A DNA stretch of 64,000 bases. It comes from a virus (taxonomy: Duplodnaviria; Caudoviricetes). The notes under the pieces were generated by a model. That model did not search any database, was not told the DNA's origin, and saw only the letters and a program-made list of their open reading frames with translations. Position numbers and translations under genes: made by a program. Positions within the stretch are counted from its first letter, which is position 1; every line of letters begins with the position of its first letter. Where the stretch lies: positions 1 to 64,000 of IMG/VR virus record IMGVR_UViG_3300017917_001910; one strand, given 5' to 3'. Positions 1-8,803 of this stretch are shown here, piece by piece.

Positions 1-93
1 ATGCTTTCAGTTTTTCAATTAAAGTTTTCATATATTTTAAATTTTAGTTTATCAAATCAAGTTCAGTGTAAGCACTACGCTTATACTCAACCG

Positions 94-273
94 TTATAAA
101 ACATTTTTTAATTGGTTCTTCCAATATTCTTTCGTTCTATACAATTTAAAAGAATAATCCTGTTCCATTCTATCTCTTTTTTGTTCTCTTAAACTTTCTT
201 CATCTAAATACTTCAATTTCTTTTCAATTGTATCATATTCATCAGGTATCTTTAATAATTCTCTGTATATCAT
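94..273 (-). CDS. Cassette-borne hypothetical protein, 59 aa (MIYRELLKIPDEY...KNVL)
   Basis: Manual translation; the TAA stop lies inside the GTTA core at 93-96. Confidence 0.55.
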   Translation of the reverse strand: MIYRELLKIPDEYDTIEKKLKYLDEESLREQKRDRMEQDYSFKLYRTKEYWKNQLKNVL

Positions 274-286
274 AAAAAACGTTTTA

Positions 287-400
287 TAACAACAAATATA
301 AGCAATTATTTCATTACTTTAAAATAAATGTTGTTGGTTAATAATTATTTTTGTTCTTCTAATTTAGTTTAGTTATAACTGCTTATATTTGTAACCGTTA
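287..400 (+). repeat. attC-like hairpin site
   Basis: TAAC-AA-CAAATATAAGCAATTAT ... ATAACTGCTTATATTTG-TAACC-GTTA. Confidence 0.8.
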
Positions 401-501
401 TGTACAAGTGGGGTTGCCAGCTTCTCCAAGCCTGATGCGTTTTTAGTTTAAAGTCGGTATCCGTCACAACCGATTGCAGTTAATTACCCCCACCTGATAC
501 A

Positions 502-628
502 TAACAGCGTATATAAGAAATTGCGGTTTTGACTTTGGAAATGTAAGTCGCACAACTTTACATCTACACCCCATCAAAGTTACCATTTTGTGCAAAATAC
601 CGCAACTTCTCATATACGCAAAACGTTA
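502..628 (+). repeat. attC-like hairpin site
   Basis: TAAC-A-GCGTATATAAGAAATTGCGGT ... ACCGCAACTTCTCATATACGC-AAAAC-GTTA. Confidence 0.8.
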
Positions 629-841
629 TAAGCCATTTATGTAATCCTCAATAGCCTCTAAGTGTGCCAACATTAAAAATGCTTTATGGCATTGTTCATT
701 TTCTTTCGGTTGCTTACCTTCTTTTAATAGCGGTTCTGCTAATCTACCAGCGTTCACTTGCAATTTAAACTTTAAACGGCTTATAACATCGGCTATATGC
801 AATGCCTTTCCGTTTTCATCAAATACTTGTATATCAATCAT
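626..841 (-). CDS. Cassette-borne hypothetical protein spanning a core site (probable start MIDIQVFDENG at 841)
   Basis: ORF track 626..892; ALHIADVISR is encoded across the TAAC core at 784-787; stop lies in the GTTA core at 625-628. Confidence 0.6.
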   Translation of the reverse strand: MIDIQVFDENGKALHIADVISRLKFKLQVNAGRLAEPLLKEGKQPKENEQCHKAFLMLAHLEAIEDYINGL

Positions 842-906
842 TTTTGTATATTTATTAAGTTTTGTGCAAGTTTCACCATCGGCACTGCACATAGCCGTAA
901 GCGTTA
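784..906 (+). repeat. attC-like hairpin site
   Basis: TAAC-AT-CGGCTATATGCAATGCC ... GGCACTGCACATAGCCG-TAAGC-GTTA. Confidence 0.8.
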
Positions 907-922
907 TAGGTAATAAAATTTA

Positions 923-1117
923 CTACCATTGTCGTATAATTGAAAGTATTTCTTCCAATTCCATTCCATCACTAATCATTTCCGATATATCAGTTTCTTG
1001 TGAAGTGGTGAAGGTTGGTTCTCCATCAGGTATCTTATCAATACCATATCGTTTCTCAATCAACTTTTCTTCCCTAACTTTCAGTTCTACTTGTTTGAAT
1101 AATTTATCTTGTTTCAT
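923..1117 (-). CDS. Cassette-borne hypothetical protein
   Basis: 64-aa ORF lying wholly inside cassette body 903-1143. Confidence 0.6.
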   Translation of the reverse strand: MKQDKLFKQVELKVREEKLIEKRYGIDKIPDGEPTFTTSQETDISEMISDGMELEEILSIIRQW

Positions 1118-1139
1118 ATCCGTAAATTTTACATACCTA

Positions 1140-1229
1140 TAACAAAGTGTATAAGTAATGTGGCTAATAAAGTTTTGTTCTAAGTTGAAAGTATGTGCAA
1201 AGCCACACTACTCATACACTCAACCGTAA
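1140..1229 (+). repeat. attC-like hairpin site with mutated right core (GTAA)
   Basis: TAAC-AA-AGTGTATAAGTAATGTGGCT ... AGCCACACTACTCATACACT-CAACC-GTAA. Confidence 0.75.
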
Positions 1230-1401
1230 TACATCATTCTTAACCAATTTGTATCCTTCTTGTTCAGCTATTTTTTCCAACCAATGTTTAATGTAAAAAT
1301 TCACATCATCATCTGCTTCTTCGTGTTCCCATCTTACAACTTGTCTTAAATTATATTCCCAAGAGTATTCTCATTGAATTTTTCCATAGCAGAACGATGT
1401 A

Positions 1402-1530
1402 TAACATCAGATATATTCAAGTTTTCTTCTGACTCGTTAAATCTTTTAATGTGTTTTAAATCTTTCATCTTCGTATGTTATTTTAGTGTATATATTAAAA
1501 AGAAAACCTAAATATATCTGAGTATCGTTA
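1402..1530 (+). repeat. attC-like hairpin site
   Basis: TAAC-A-TCAGATATATTCAAGTTTTCT ... AGAAAACCTAAATATATCTGA-GTATC-GTTA. Confidence 0.75.
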
Positions 1531-1731
1531 GCGTAAATTGCCACTATTACAATATTTGTCTGTGCAAAATGGTTTTCCCATAGAATAACCACTTCTACCA
1601 CATTTTTGACAGTTATTAGGTGGCAACTGTCCACTAACACCAAATAAACGCAATAACCGTGCTTTTGCTTCATTTGATGTTATATGTCCTTCTCTAAGGT
1701 CTGATGCTATTTGTAAAATTTCTTCTTTCAT
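1528..1731 (-). CDS. Cassette-borne small Cys-rich (possible Zn-finger) protein spanning a core site
   Basis: CQKC...CTDKYC; LLRLFGVSGQ crosses the TAAC core at 1635-1638; stop in the GTTA core at 1527-1530. Confidence 0.6.
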   Translation of the reverse strand: MKEEILQIASDLREGHITSNEAKARLLRLFGVSGQLPPNNCQKCGRSGYSMGKPFCTDKYCNSGNLR

Positions 1732-1761
1732 ATCGTTACTGCGTTTATTTGTGAACCGTTA
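1635..1761 (+). repeat. attC-like hairpin site
   Basis: TAAC-AC-CAAATAAACGCAATAAC ... GTTACTGCGTTTATTTG-TGAACC-GTTA. Confidence 0.8.
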
Positions 1762-1770
1762 TAAGTAATA

Positions 1771-1932
1771 TTATTTTTGTTTTGAATTTTTATAACTATC
1801 GTGTGTTTTATTAACAGCATCTTGAACACTTTCCATCCAAGTTCTAAATATTGGTCTGAAGTTAAATATACTCATCTCAGCATCCCAAATTACTTTTGGT
1901 ATTTCAATTTTAATAATTTTTCGGTTTTTCAT
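1771..1932 (-). CDS. Cassette-borne hypothetical protein, about 53 aa (MKNRKIIKIEIPKVIWDAEM...)
   Basis: Manual translation inside cassette body 1758-1980. Confidence 0.5.
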   Translation of the reverse strand: MKNRKIIKIEIPKVIWDAEMSIFNFRPIFRTWMESVQDAVNKTHDSYKNSKQK

Positions 1933-2055
1933 AATTTAATTTTTTTATATGGTAAAACAAAAATAATACATACTTATAACAACAAGTTTGTGAAATAAAC
2001 CGCTTTCGATTTGTCCGTAAGTTAATCGGTTAATTGAATTTTTGTGTTTCATATA

Positions 2056-2089
2056 CTTAAAGATAAGAAAAACATTTCATATTTACAAA
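2056..2089 (-). promoter_or_regulatory. Bacteroidota-type promoter (-33 TTTG / -7 TATCTTTA) reading into array 1
   Basis: Minus strand TTTGTAAATATGAAATGTTTTTCTTATCTTTAAG; nearly identical to 16535-16568. Confidence 0.6.
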
Positions 2090-2586
2090 TAAAAGTCGCT
2101 GTGATATGGTAAAGTATTGTTATTCAATGTATTATTTTTAGTTTCATCCTCTAATATACGTTCTTCTGTAGAAAGAAGTCCTTTTCCGAACTTCTTTAAT
2201 CTTTTCCAATAACGTTCTTTAATACGGTTAGATATACGAATTGGATTTCCTTCATCATCAATTCGTACGAACTTCATTTTTGTATGAGTTACAATTTCTT
2301 GAATGCCTGTATATACGTTATGCTTTCTGGCTTCAATATATAATGTTATAGAAGTATTTCCGAATTCCGATACTTCTCCATAAATCTTTATAATATTTCC
2401 TAACTTTATGGGCTTTTTAAAGATAAACTCATCTACTTTTATAGTAATCATTCTAGGTGTATCGCAAATTTGAGCAGAATATACTGCAGAAGCTTCATCT
2501 ACCCACCCGACTAATGTACCTCCAAACATATTGTTATGAATACCAATATCCGATGCTTTACATATATGTGTACTTATTAGTTCCAT
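2083..2586 (-). CDS. Acyl-CoA thioesterase (hotdog fold)
   Basis: HNNMFGGTLVGWVDEA...F.KPI.LG...GNTSI...FVRIDDEG, YciA-like motifs. Confidence 0.85.
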   Translation of the reverse strand: MELISTHICKASDIGIHNNMFGGTLVGWVDEASAVYSAQICDTPRMITIKVDEFIFKKPIKLGNIIKIYGEVSEFGNTSITLYIEARKHNVYTGIQEIVTHTKMKFVRIDDEGNPIRISNRIKERYWKRLKKFGKGLLSTEERILEDETKNNTLNNNTLPYHSDFYL

Positions 2587-2587
2587 G

Positions 2588-3307
2588 TTATTTATTATTG
2601 TGATAATCTATTAATTTCCATTTACCGTCTTTTGTTTCTACTAATGCCGTACAATTTTCACACCAATCTCCAGAATTCATATATTCGTCTTTTAAAGATG
2701 GTTGATGAATATGTCCGCATATTGCTACTTGACATCCTTTTCCCTTTGCTAATCTAACAGCATTTATTTCAAAGTCATTTATAAAGTTCGTAGCTTTCTT
2801 AATACCATTTTTAATATCCTTGGATATTGAATAGTATGGTAATTTTCTCCATGCTCTCCAACGATTATACCAACGGTTTATCCAAAGCGCAATATCATAT
2901 CCAATACTACCAATATAAGCTAACCACTTTACTTTTGTAATAAAGACATCTAATATATCTCCATGAAATATATAATAACGAATACTTCCGTGTTGATGTA
3001 TATAATCTTCTACGATTTTTATGTTTCCTAAGTCAAATGGAAGAAAGTCTTTTAAGAATTCATCATGATTACCTCTAAGCCAAATAACTTCTGTGTCCGT
3101 TTCTGATATTTTAAGAATCTTTCTTATAATTTTAGTGTCTTTTTTAGTCCATTTACTTCCTCTTTGTAAAGACCACCCATCAATAATATCTCCGTTTAAG
3201 ATTAATGTTTCCGTAGATATTTTATCTAAGAAATCTAGTATATCATCCCTTCTAGCAGCCTTACTTCCTAAGTGTAGGTCTGATATTATTACTGTATTAT
3301 ATTTCAT
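2588..3307 (-). CDS. Metallophosphoesterase, UDP-2,3-diacylglucosamine hydrolase (LpxH/YbbF)-like
   Basis: ISDLHLG, LNGDIIDGW, RGNHD, FHGD, CGHIH, YMNSGDWCE motifs. Confidence 0.85.
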   Translation of the reverse strand: MKYNTVIISDLHLGSKAARRDDILDFLDKISTETLILNGDIIDGWSLQRGSKWTKKDTKIIRKILKISETDTEVIWLRGNHDEFLKDFLPFDLGNIKIVEDYIHQHGSIRYYIFHGDILDVFITKVKWLAYIGSIGYDIALWINRWYNRWRAWRKLPYYSISKDIKNGIKKATNFINDFEINAVRLAKGKGCQVAICGHIHQPSLKDEYMNSGDWCENCTALVETKDGKWKLIDYHNNK

Positions 3308-4002
3308 TTCCAGTAGTTATAATCTTCTTTGAAAAATGTATCATCATGTCTGTTAAACCAACATCTTATCATTAACTTACACATATATAATACTCCTTTA
3401 TTTTTAAATCTTCTCGAAGAAGTGCTGGCATAGAAATTAAAGATCTTAAAATATTTTGGATTAGCTTTCATTGATAAATGAAAATCTTCTGCAAACTTAT
3501 CTTCTTCATTAAACTGACCCAGCTCCTTAAAGTATTCTGAATTAAAAAGCATAAATCCTCCGACTGCAAATGGCGACTTAAATGATATAATCCACTGAAC
3601 TAAATCAAATACTTTATATACTAAAGCATATTTCATATCCCAGGTAGTTATATTGCAAGTAGCTAACTTAATGTCATTAATAATCATTTTAGATACTATA
3701 TAATGTAAAGGTACATCAGTTACATCCATATCAGCATCTAAGAATAAAACATAAGGTGTTTTAACTTCTTTAAATCCATTATTACGAGCAATTGCCGGAA
3801 GACCTCCTTTAACTACTTTAATGTCATTTATACCTAAAGCAACTAATTGATCTATATAATCTAATGTATCATCTGTAGAAGAATCTGCTATAATAATATT
3901 ACAACTATGCATGGATAGTAATTTTACTAATGTATTTGCTAATCCAACTCCTTCATTTTTACACGGAATAACAACTGTTAAGTTATCTTTAAGATTCATC
4001 AT
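3304..4002 (-). CDS. Glycosyltransferase family 2
   Basis: VVIPCKNE, IIADSSTD, ARNNG, LFLDAD, EDF, TSSRRF. Confidence 0.85.
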   Translation of the reverse strand: MMNLKDNLTVVIPCKNEGVGLANTLVKLLSMHSCNIIIADSSTDDTLDYIDQLVALGINDIKVVKGGLPAIARNNGFKEVKTPYVLFLDADMDVTDVPLHYIVSKMIINDIKLATCNITTWDMKYALVYKVFDLVQWIISFKSPFAVGGFMLFNSEYFKELGQFNEEDKFAEDFHLSMKANPKYFKIFNFYASTSSRRFKNKGVLYMCKLMIRCWFNRHDDTFFKEDYNYWK

Positions 4003-4285
4003 ATAATACCTCCGTAATTGGTTCTAAAGTACCGTAAATATCCATTTTAGTTTTTAATTCTTTTGCTTTATTAATATACCAAGAAGCTTTCTTAGCATCT
4101 TGTTCTAATGGTTGATCTGGTTTATCTCCCATACGCATTTTATATTTGAAAGCATTCATTTCACAAAACGCAATTGTTTTTTCAATGCCCCAAATATCTA
4201 TCATCATATTAATTACTTCTTTACTGAATGTATTATAATGCTTAGGATGATTAACGTGTTCGTAATTATTATTTGTTGTTGTCAT
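3989..4285 (-). CDS. DUF3310 family protein (T7 gp1.7-like nucleotide kinase domain)
   Basis: VNHPKHY...FCEMNAFKYKMR...K...D.KKA.WY. Confidence 0.8.
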   Translation of the reverse strand: MTTTNNNYEHVNHPKHYNTFSKEVINMMIDIWGIEKTIAFCEMNAFKYKMRMGDKPDQPLEQDAKKASWYINKAKELKTKMDIYGTLEPITEVLYDES

Positions 4286-4287
4286 TT

Positions 4288-4503
4288 TTATTTTATTTTA
4301 TTAAAGAATCTTCTTACGATATATCCTCGTGCTATTGATAAGAATGTAAATAATATTGTAGCCATTCCTAATTGACTGTAAGTATACTTCATTCCGACCA
4401 TACTGTATATAATAGGGCTAAAGATAAGAGTTGTTAAGATTCCAATGCCAGTATTAGTAATACTTTCGAGTATCGAATGTTTTTTAGTTTGTTGTCCCAT
4501 CAT
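4288..4503 (-). CDS. Small membrane protein
   Basis: QTKKHSILESITN...two hydrophobic helices...RGYIVRRFF. Confidence 0.7.
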   Translation of the reverse strand: MMGQQTKKHSILESITNTGIGILTTLIFSPIIYSMVGMKYTYSQLGMATILFTFLSIARGYIVRRFFNKIK

Positions 4504-4747
4504 TTTTATCTAAGTTACTGTATTTAGCTGATGTATATGTTCCAATCATACCTCCTATTGTTGCTGGTATTAATGCCCAATGATCTTCGATATAACTAAT
4601 AGCCGTAAATGCGCCGCATAACATAATTAAAGCCCCGAATATTGAAGCTTTGATGGCTTGATGTTTTGCCATTGCTTTAATATAAATGCCCCAAAAATAA
4701 TCTGTAGCCATCATTATAAAAAATACTAATATATAAGTATAGTCCAT
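4484..4747 (-). CDS. Small membrane protein
   Basis: Three hydrophobic segments; overlaps its neighbour as in an operon. Confidence 0.65.
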   Translation of the reverse strand: MDYTYILVFFIMMATDYFWGIYIKAMAKHQAIKASIFGALIMLCGAFTAISYIEDHWALIPATIGGMIGTYTSAKYSNLDKNDGTTN

Positions 4748-4748
4748 T

Positions 4749-5270
4749 TTATTTAGTTGTTTTTGTTTTTTTAGCAGCTACTTTCTTTGGCTTAGCTGTT
4801 GGTATTGTTTTATTTAATATAATAGCTTCGACTTGTGCTTCAGTATATCCATACTTAGAAACTATTTTAACAATTGCCTCTATATTATTAGATTCTGTTA
4901 AGATATTTAAGTATTCATATGCTTGAGTCTTCGAACATTCATATTCTTGGGCGATTAAGCTAGTTAGATGATCATTATAAGCACTATCTTTCGTTCCCTT
5001 TATCCAAGTACTATAATAACTTCTCTTTGGTAATAGCTCGTTAAAGAACGTATATACTTCCCTCGGAGATAAGTCTGATGATATGGCATAACGTTGAAAT
5101 TCATTACATATCTCTAATAAATCAGGATGCATCGAAAGAATCATAATAATCATGAAAGGTTCTACTGCATTCTTTTCTTCATCGCTAAGATCGGACCACT
5201 TTCTTTCTGTTGTGGTCATCACTTTTACAATATCAAATACACTTACTCTTTTATTTTCTTGTTCTGCCAT
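4749..5270 (-). CDS. Putative clamp-loader small subunit (T4 gp62-like)
   Basis: PFMI...LSM...D...NE.Q...LPK...WIK...A.EYL pattern; lies next to the clamp loader. Confidence 0.55.
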   Translation of the reverse strand: MAEQENKRVSVFDIVKVMTTTERKWSDLSDEEKNAVEPFMIIMILSMHPDLLEICNEFQRYAISSDLSPREVYTFFNELLPKRSYYSTWIKGTKDSAYNDHLTSLIAQEYECSKTQAYEYLNILTESNNIEAIVKIVSKYGYTEAQVEAIILNKTIPTAKPKKVAAKKTKTTK

Positions 5271-5491
5271 TATGGTTGAGGAAATCTATTAGGAATAGAA
5301 CCACATGCACTGCATCTATATGTTTCTACAGGAATAAGTTCTTCTTTTCCTGACGGAGACATCATAGGCGATAATTCTTTAAAGAACATTACCGGAAAGA
5401 ATGTAGTATTCTCACATAAATTATGTTCTTCATCTAAAACAGCACACGTCATTGTTGGTTGTTCTGATAGTTTTATATTTAAATTTTCCAT
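5270..5491 (-). CDS. Hypothetical Zn-ribbon protein
   Basis: LSPMMSPSGKEELIPV...CSACG. Confidence 0.6.
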   Translation of the reverse strand: MENLNIKLSEQPTMTCAVLDEEHNLCENTTFFPVMFFKELSPMMSPSGKEELIPVETYRCSACGSIPNRFPQP

Positions 5492-5496
5492 GTTGT

Positions 5497-6438
5497 TTAT
5501 TTTTTATTAATTTCTCCTATGATTTGTCCGAACATTGCTGCTACGTTGATATCTTTATTTACGCTAAAACTATCCTTATACTGATATTCAGCAATGATTA
5601 ATATAATAGGCCCTATATGACCACTTCCATATGATTCAATTTCATCATACATTAATCTATACAAATCCGCAAAATCTTTTATCTTAGCATCTGCAATTGT
5701 TTGTCTAATATTCGTAAAGCAATCTTTAGGATTCTTTTCTGATTTAAGAATATCAATACATTTCATTGCATAGCTTCCGCGCTCTGCAATTCCTTTAGAT
5801 ATAGTTAATTCTCCGTTAGATGAATGTTGTTGACAAAGATTAATAACTTTCCTGATATCAGGATATCCTTCATTAACTAATGTTGCAACATCTTTAATAT
5901 CATATATAATGTTTTCGTTATTTAAAATCTTTACTATTCTTTCCGCAACTTCTTTTTTGCTAGGAGGAATGATTTGAAATACTTGACATCTACTTTGAAT
6001 AGCAGGAATAATTCTATCCACATAATTACAGGTCAGGATAAAACGAGCATGTTTACTAAACGTTTCCATTAAGTTACGAAGAGCGGCTTGACCGTTAATC
6101 GTTACATAATCACTTTCATCTAAAATAACTACTTTAAACTTATTAAAGCTAATAGTACTTACAAAAGATTTAATCTTATCTCTAATAACATCAACTGAGT
6201 TTTCATCGGATGCATTAATATAAAGAGTTTCAAACCCAAAGGTATTAGTAATTAATTTGGCACAGCTCGTTTTTCCTGTTCCTGGAGGACCGTATAATAA
6301 AAGATGCGGAATATCCTCTTTTTGAAGATATTGCCCGATCTTTTCTTTTATATGCTCATTCCCAATATAATCATTAATAGTTACTGGCCTGTATTTCTCG
6401 CAGAAAATGTCGTGTTCTTGATATATACTAATTGACAT
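5497..6438 (-). CDS. Clamp loader AAA+ subunit (RFC / T4 gp44-like)
   Basis: EKYRP, GPPGTGKT, INASD, ILDESD, QAALRN, SRC motifs. Confidence 0.95.
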   Translation of the reverse strand: MSISIYQEHDIFCEKYRPVTINDYIGNEHIKEKIGQYLQKEDIPHLLLYGPPGTGKTSCAKLITNTFGFETLYINASDENSVDVIRDKIKSFVSTISFNKFKVVILDESDYVTINGQAALRNLMETFSKHARFILTCNYVDRIIPAIQSRCQVFQIIPPSKKEVAERIVKILNNENIIYDIKDVATLVNEGYPDIRKVINLCQQHSSNGELTISKGIAERGSYAMKCIDILKSEKNPKDCFTNIRQTIADAKIKDFADLYRLMYDEIESYGSGHIGPIILIIAEYQYKDSFSVNKDINVAAMFGQIIGEINKK

Positions 6439-6730
6439 TCTTAGAAGCTAAGTCGGTTGTAAACATATAACGATATCTCATTAATAATCTTTGCATCTTT
6501 TGACGAGATTTATATTCTTCAAAAGTCTCTACATCACTACGTTTGTTTGGTAATGCTGTAATATCATTAACTAATCTTAAGTTAGAATCTAAAGATTCAT
6601 CAATAATCCAATTTACAAATCTAAAGTGCTGTTTAGCACCGATTACATAACTTGGAACAGACATATTCATATTCTTTAAAAATGATTCTTTAAGTCTGTT
6701 TGTTTCGTGTATAATTGCTGTATTTATCAT
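6428..6730 (-). CDS. Hypothetical protein
   Basis: 100-aa ORF co-oriented and tightly packed in the operon. Confidence 0.55.
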   Translation of the reverse strand: MINTAIIHETNRLKESFLKNMNMSVPSYVIGAKQHFRFVNWIIDESLDSNLRLVNDITALPNKRSDVETFEEYKSRQKMQRLLMRYRYMFTTDLASKNVN

Positions 6731-6739
6731 GATATAATG

Positions 6740-7456
6740 TTATTGTATGCTCAACTGAACTAAGTAATAAGTACTGTTAAAATCTTTACCTGTAAAGGTA
6801 ACTCTAGCTAATCCTTGCCCAGATACTTCAAATATTCCTGATTCTGCTCCTTTATTTGCAGTTAAGATTTCTTTAAAGATATTAGCAGAGAAACAAGTAG
6901 CACTTAATTTATTATGCGATGTAGCATCTACATTAAACTTAATTCTATTAGTATTTACTGTCGAATAGTTAAGTAAGATTTCTGATGATATTGCATCTGA
7001 TACTACTGCAAAATTTTCTGCTTCTGGCATACCATTCTTAGCTTTTAAGAATTTTTCAGAGAATTCTTTAGTAATATTAATGCTCACATCAAATTGAGGA
7101 AGTGTTTTTACTTTTGGAACTGCTTTAATAACAGATAAATCCGCTAACATATAAGTAATCGATGTATTCTTATCTTCAACAATCATCGAGAATACTTTAT
7201 CTCCAACTTTAACGAACTTAATCTCTACTGAATCATCTAATACAGAAAGCATTTTTAATAATTGACTCGTAGTATATACTGCCAATTCTGCATCTTCCAT
7301 ATCAACGGATTGTAATGTAACTTCTCCAATTACATTTTGATTTGCGGAAATAAAAGAACATAATAACTGTCCTTCTTTTACAACTAACTTAACACTGTCG
7401 GTATTACCAGCTAAATAATAGCGATTGATAAAACTAACTAATTTTTCTTTTTGCAT
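6740..7456 (-). CDS. DNA sliding clamp (T4 gp45/PCNA-like)
   Basis: 238 aa, alternating beta/alpha pattern ending STYYLV; directly upstream of the clamp loader. Confidence 0.75.
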   Translation of the reverse strand: MQKEKLVSFINRYYLAGNTDSVKLVVKEGQLLCSFISANQNVIGEVTLQSVDMEDAELAVYTTSQLLKMLSVLDDSVEIKFVKVGDKVFSMIVEDKNTSITYMLADLSVIKAVPKVKTLPQFDVSINITKEFSEKFLKAKNGMPEAENFAVVSDAISSEILLNYSTVNTNRIKFNVDATSHNKLSATCFSANIFKEILTANKGAESGIFEVSGQGLARVTFTGKDFNSTYYLVQLSIQ

Positions 7457-7494
7457 AACTTATTTTTTATTTTCTTAATTATAATGATTTTATT

Positions 7495-8703
7495 TTAATT
7501 TTCAAAGAAACTACTTAAAATTTCTCTGTTTTGGCTAGGAACCCAATCTCCTCCATAATTTACATAGTAATGTCTATACTTTTCGTAAATTTTATATGCA
7601 TTATCTGGCTGATCAAACATTTCATGTATTGATTTAAGTATAATATACATATCATTAGGAACAACGCCTTGTAATAACTCTACATCTCCAGAACAAAAAT
7701 CTGCAATATCATACATACCTTTATTAAATACTAATAAGTTTTGAATAGTAGCTCTGTCATAATATTCTTGTTTATAATCATTAACTACGCCCATTGTAAA
7801 GTTTTTAGATACTGGTGTATGATAAAGAACAGGTATTGGTTTTGTTTCTGTATACTTAATATCTCTAGAAACATGCATTTGCGTCCAATTTAATGTTCCA
7901 AAATTCGGAGCTAAAATAATATCTCCATATACTGGAAATTGTCCTGGCGAAGAACTATCCGTCATTAATTGAATTTTACCACCATAATGCTTATTTAAAA
8001 GCGCTTGATAAGTTCCAAGTACAAAAAAATCAGATACTTTAGAAATACCTAACATATGAATAAATTCATTTCTTGGATTTTCAAATTCGCGATTCTCTAA
8101 GAATAAAGCAATAGTATAAATAAAATCTACTAATCTACGACTACCTCCAACACACCATCCTTTAAAATCAAAATGCTTAACGGTATCATACCATAAATTC
8201 CATTGACTAGGATTATTTCCTTGAAGTACGTTTAAGAATTTAGTTTTACCAGATTGTTTACTTGCAAAATATTTAAAATTATCATAACTAAAATCTAATG
8301 ATTCTTGGAATCGTCCTTCATATTGAGTACGTGGCGGAATATCTAAATTCGCAGCAACGTCTGAATTTTCTTCTAAGAATGCTAAGATTTGATCTCTAAT
8401 ACCTACGTCCCATTTAATTGCTCCTGTGGCAATCTGGAAACCTCCTGAATCGCCAAATGTAAATACATTCTCTAATCCGAATGTTATACGAGCATCCATC
8501 TTTTTATAAAAATGCCCTGCTGTAATTAAGAAGTATGGGTGGCGAAATTCTTCTGGAAAATCTTCCGCATAAAATCTAGTTGTTAAACCAGGTTCAACTT
8601 CTCTATTCTTTTTTAAAGACGCTGCTGTTCCTCCTGCGGATAATGAAGGAATAAATAATGGCTTTCTGTTTGGGTTTGGTGCTGTGATTTTTGATAAATC
8701 CAT
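7495..8703 (-). CDS. dpdA: DpdA/TGT-like 7-deazaguanine DNA transglycosylase
   Basis: GDSGGFQ, LDIPP, LNVLQG, GWCVGG, IHMLG, TDSSS motifs of the TGT fold; co-occurs with folE, queD and queE. Confidence 0.7.
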   Translation of the reverse strand: MDLSKITAPNPNRKPLFIPSLSAGGTAASLKKNREVEPGLTTRFYAEDFPEEFRHPYFLITAGHFYKKMDARITFGLENVFTFGDSGGFQIATGAIKWDVGIRDQILAFLEENSDVAANLDIPPRTQYEGRFQESLDFSYDNFKYFASKQSGKTKFLNVLQGNNPSQWNLWYDTVKHFDFKGWCVGGSRRLVDFIYTIALFLENREFENPRNEFIHMLGISKVSDFFVLGTYQALLNKHYGGKIQLMTDSSSPGQFPVYGDIILAPNFGTLNWTQMHVSRDIKYTETKPIPVLYHTPVSKNFTMGVVNDYKQEYYDRATIQNLLVFNKGMYDIADFCSGDVELLQGVVPNDMYIILKSIHEMFDQPDNAYKIYEKYRHYYVNYGGDWVPSQNREILSSFFEN

Positions 8704-8765
8704 TTTATAACTTATTTTTTATCTAATATAAAGATATTATTTCATATATCCTAATGTATGAACAT

Positions 8766-8791
8766 AAAAAAAGCCCTTAATTAGGGGCTTT
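8766..8791 (-). terminator. Intrinsic terminator
   Basis: AAAGCCCT-TAATT-AGGGGCTTT hairpin followed by a U-tract on the minus strand, after 8804. Confidence 0.7.
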
Positions 8792-8803
8792 AATTATTTA
8801 TGA

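Larger units (their letters stand above)
1..1980 (+). mobile_element. Integron-like cassette array 1 (at least 7 cassettes; continues left of the window)
   Basis: GTTA cores at 93, 397, 625, 903, 1226 (GTAA), 1527 and 1758 alternate with TAAC cores ending at 290, 505, 787, 1143, 1405, 1638 and 1980. Every segment between cores has 14-26 bp complementary ends. Confidence 0.8.

Noticed and set aside
1446-1673. 75-aa minus-strand ORF in array 1
   Set aside because: It overlaps 1528..1731 out of frame and does not follow the in-frame Val/core pattern; probably spurious.
1-1980. Cassette arrays as a CRISPR array or REP/BIME repeats
   Set aside because: Units do not share an identical repeat, spacing varies from about 90 to 640 bp, conservation is in pairing rather than sequence, and no cas genes or REP-associated transposase are present.
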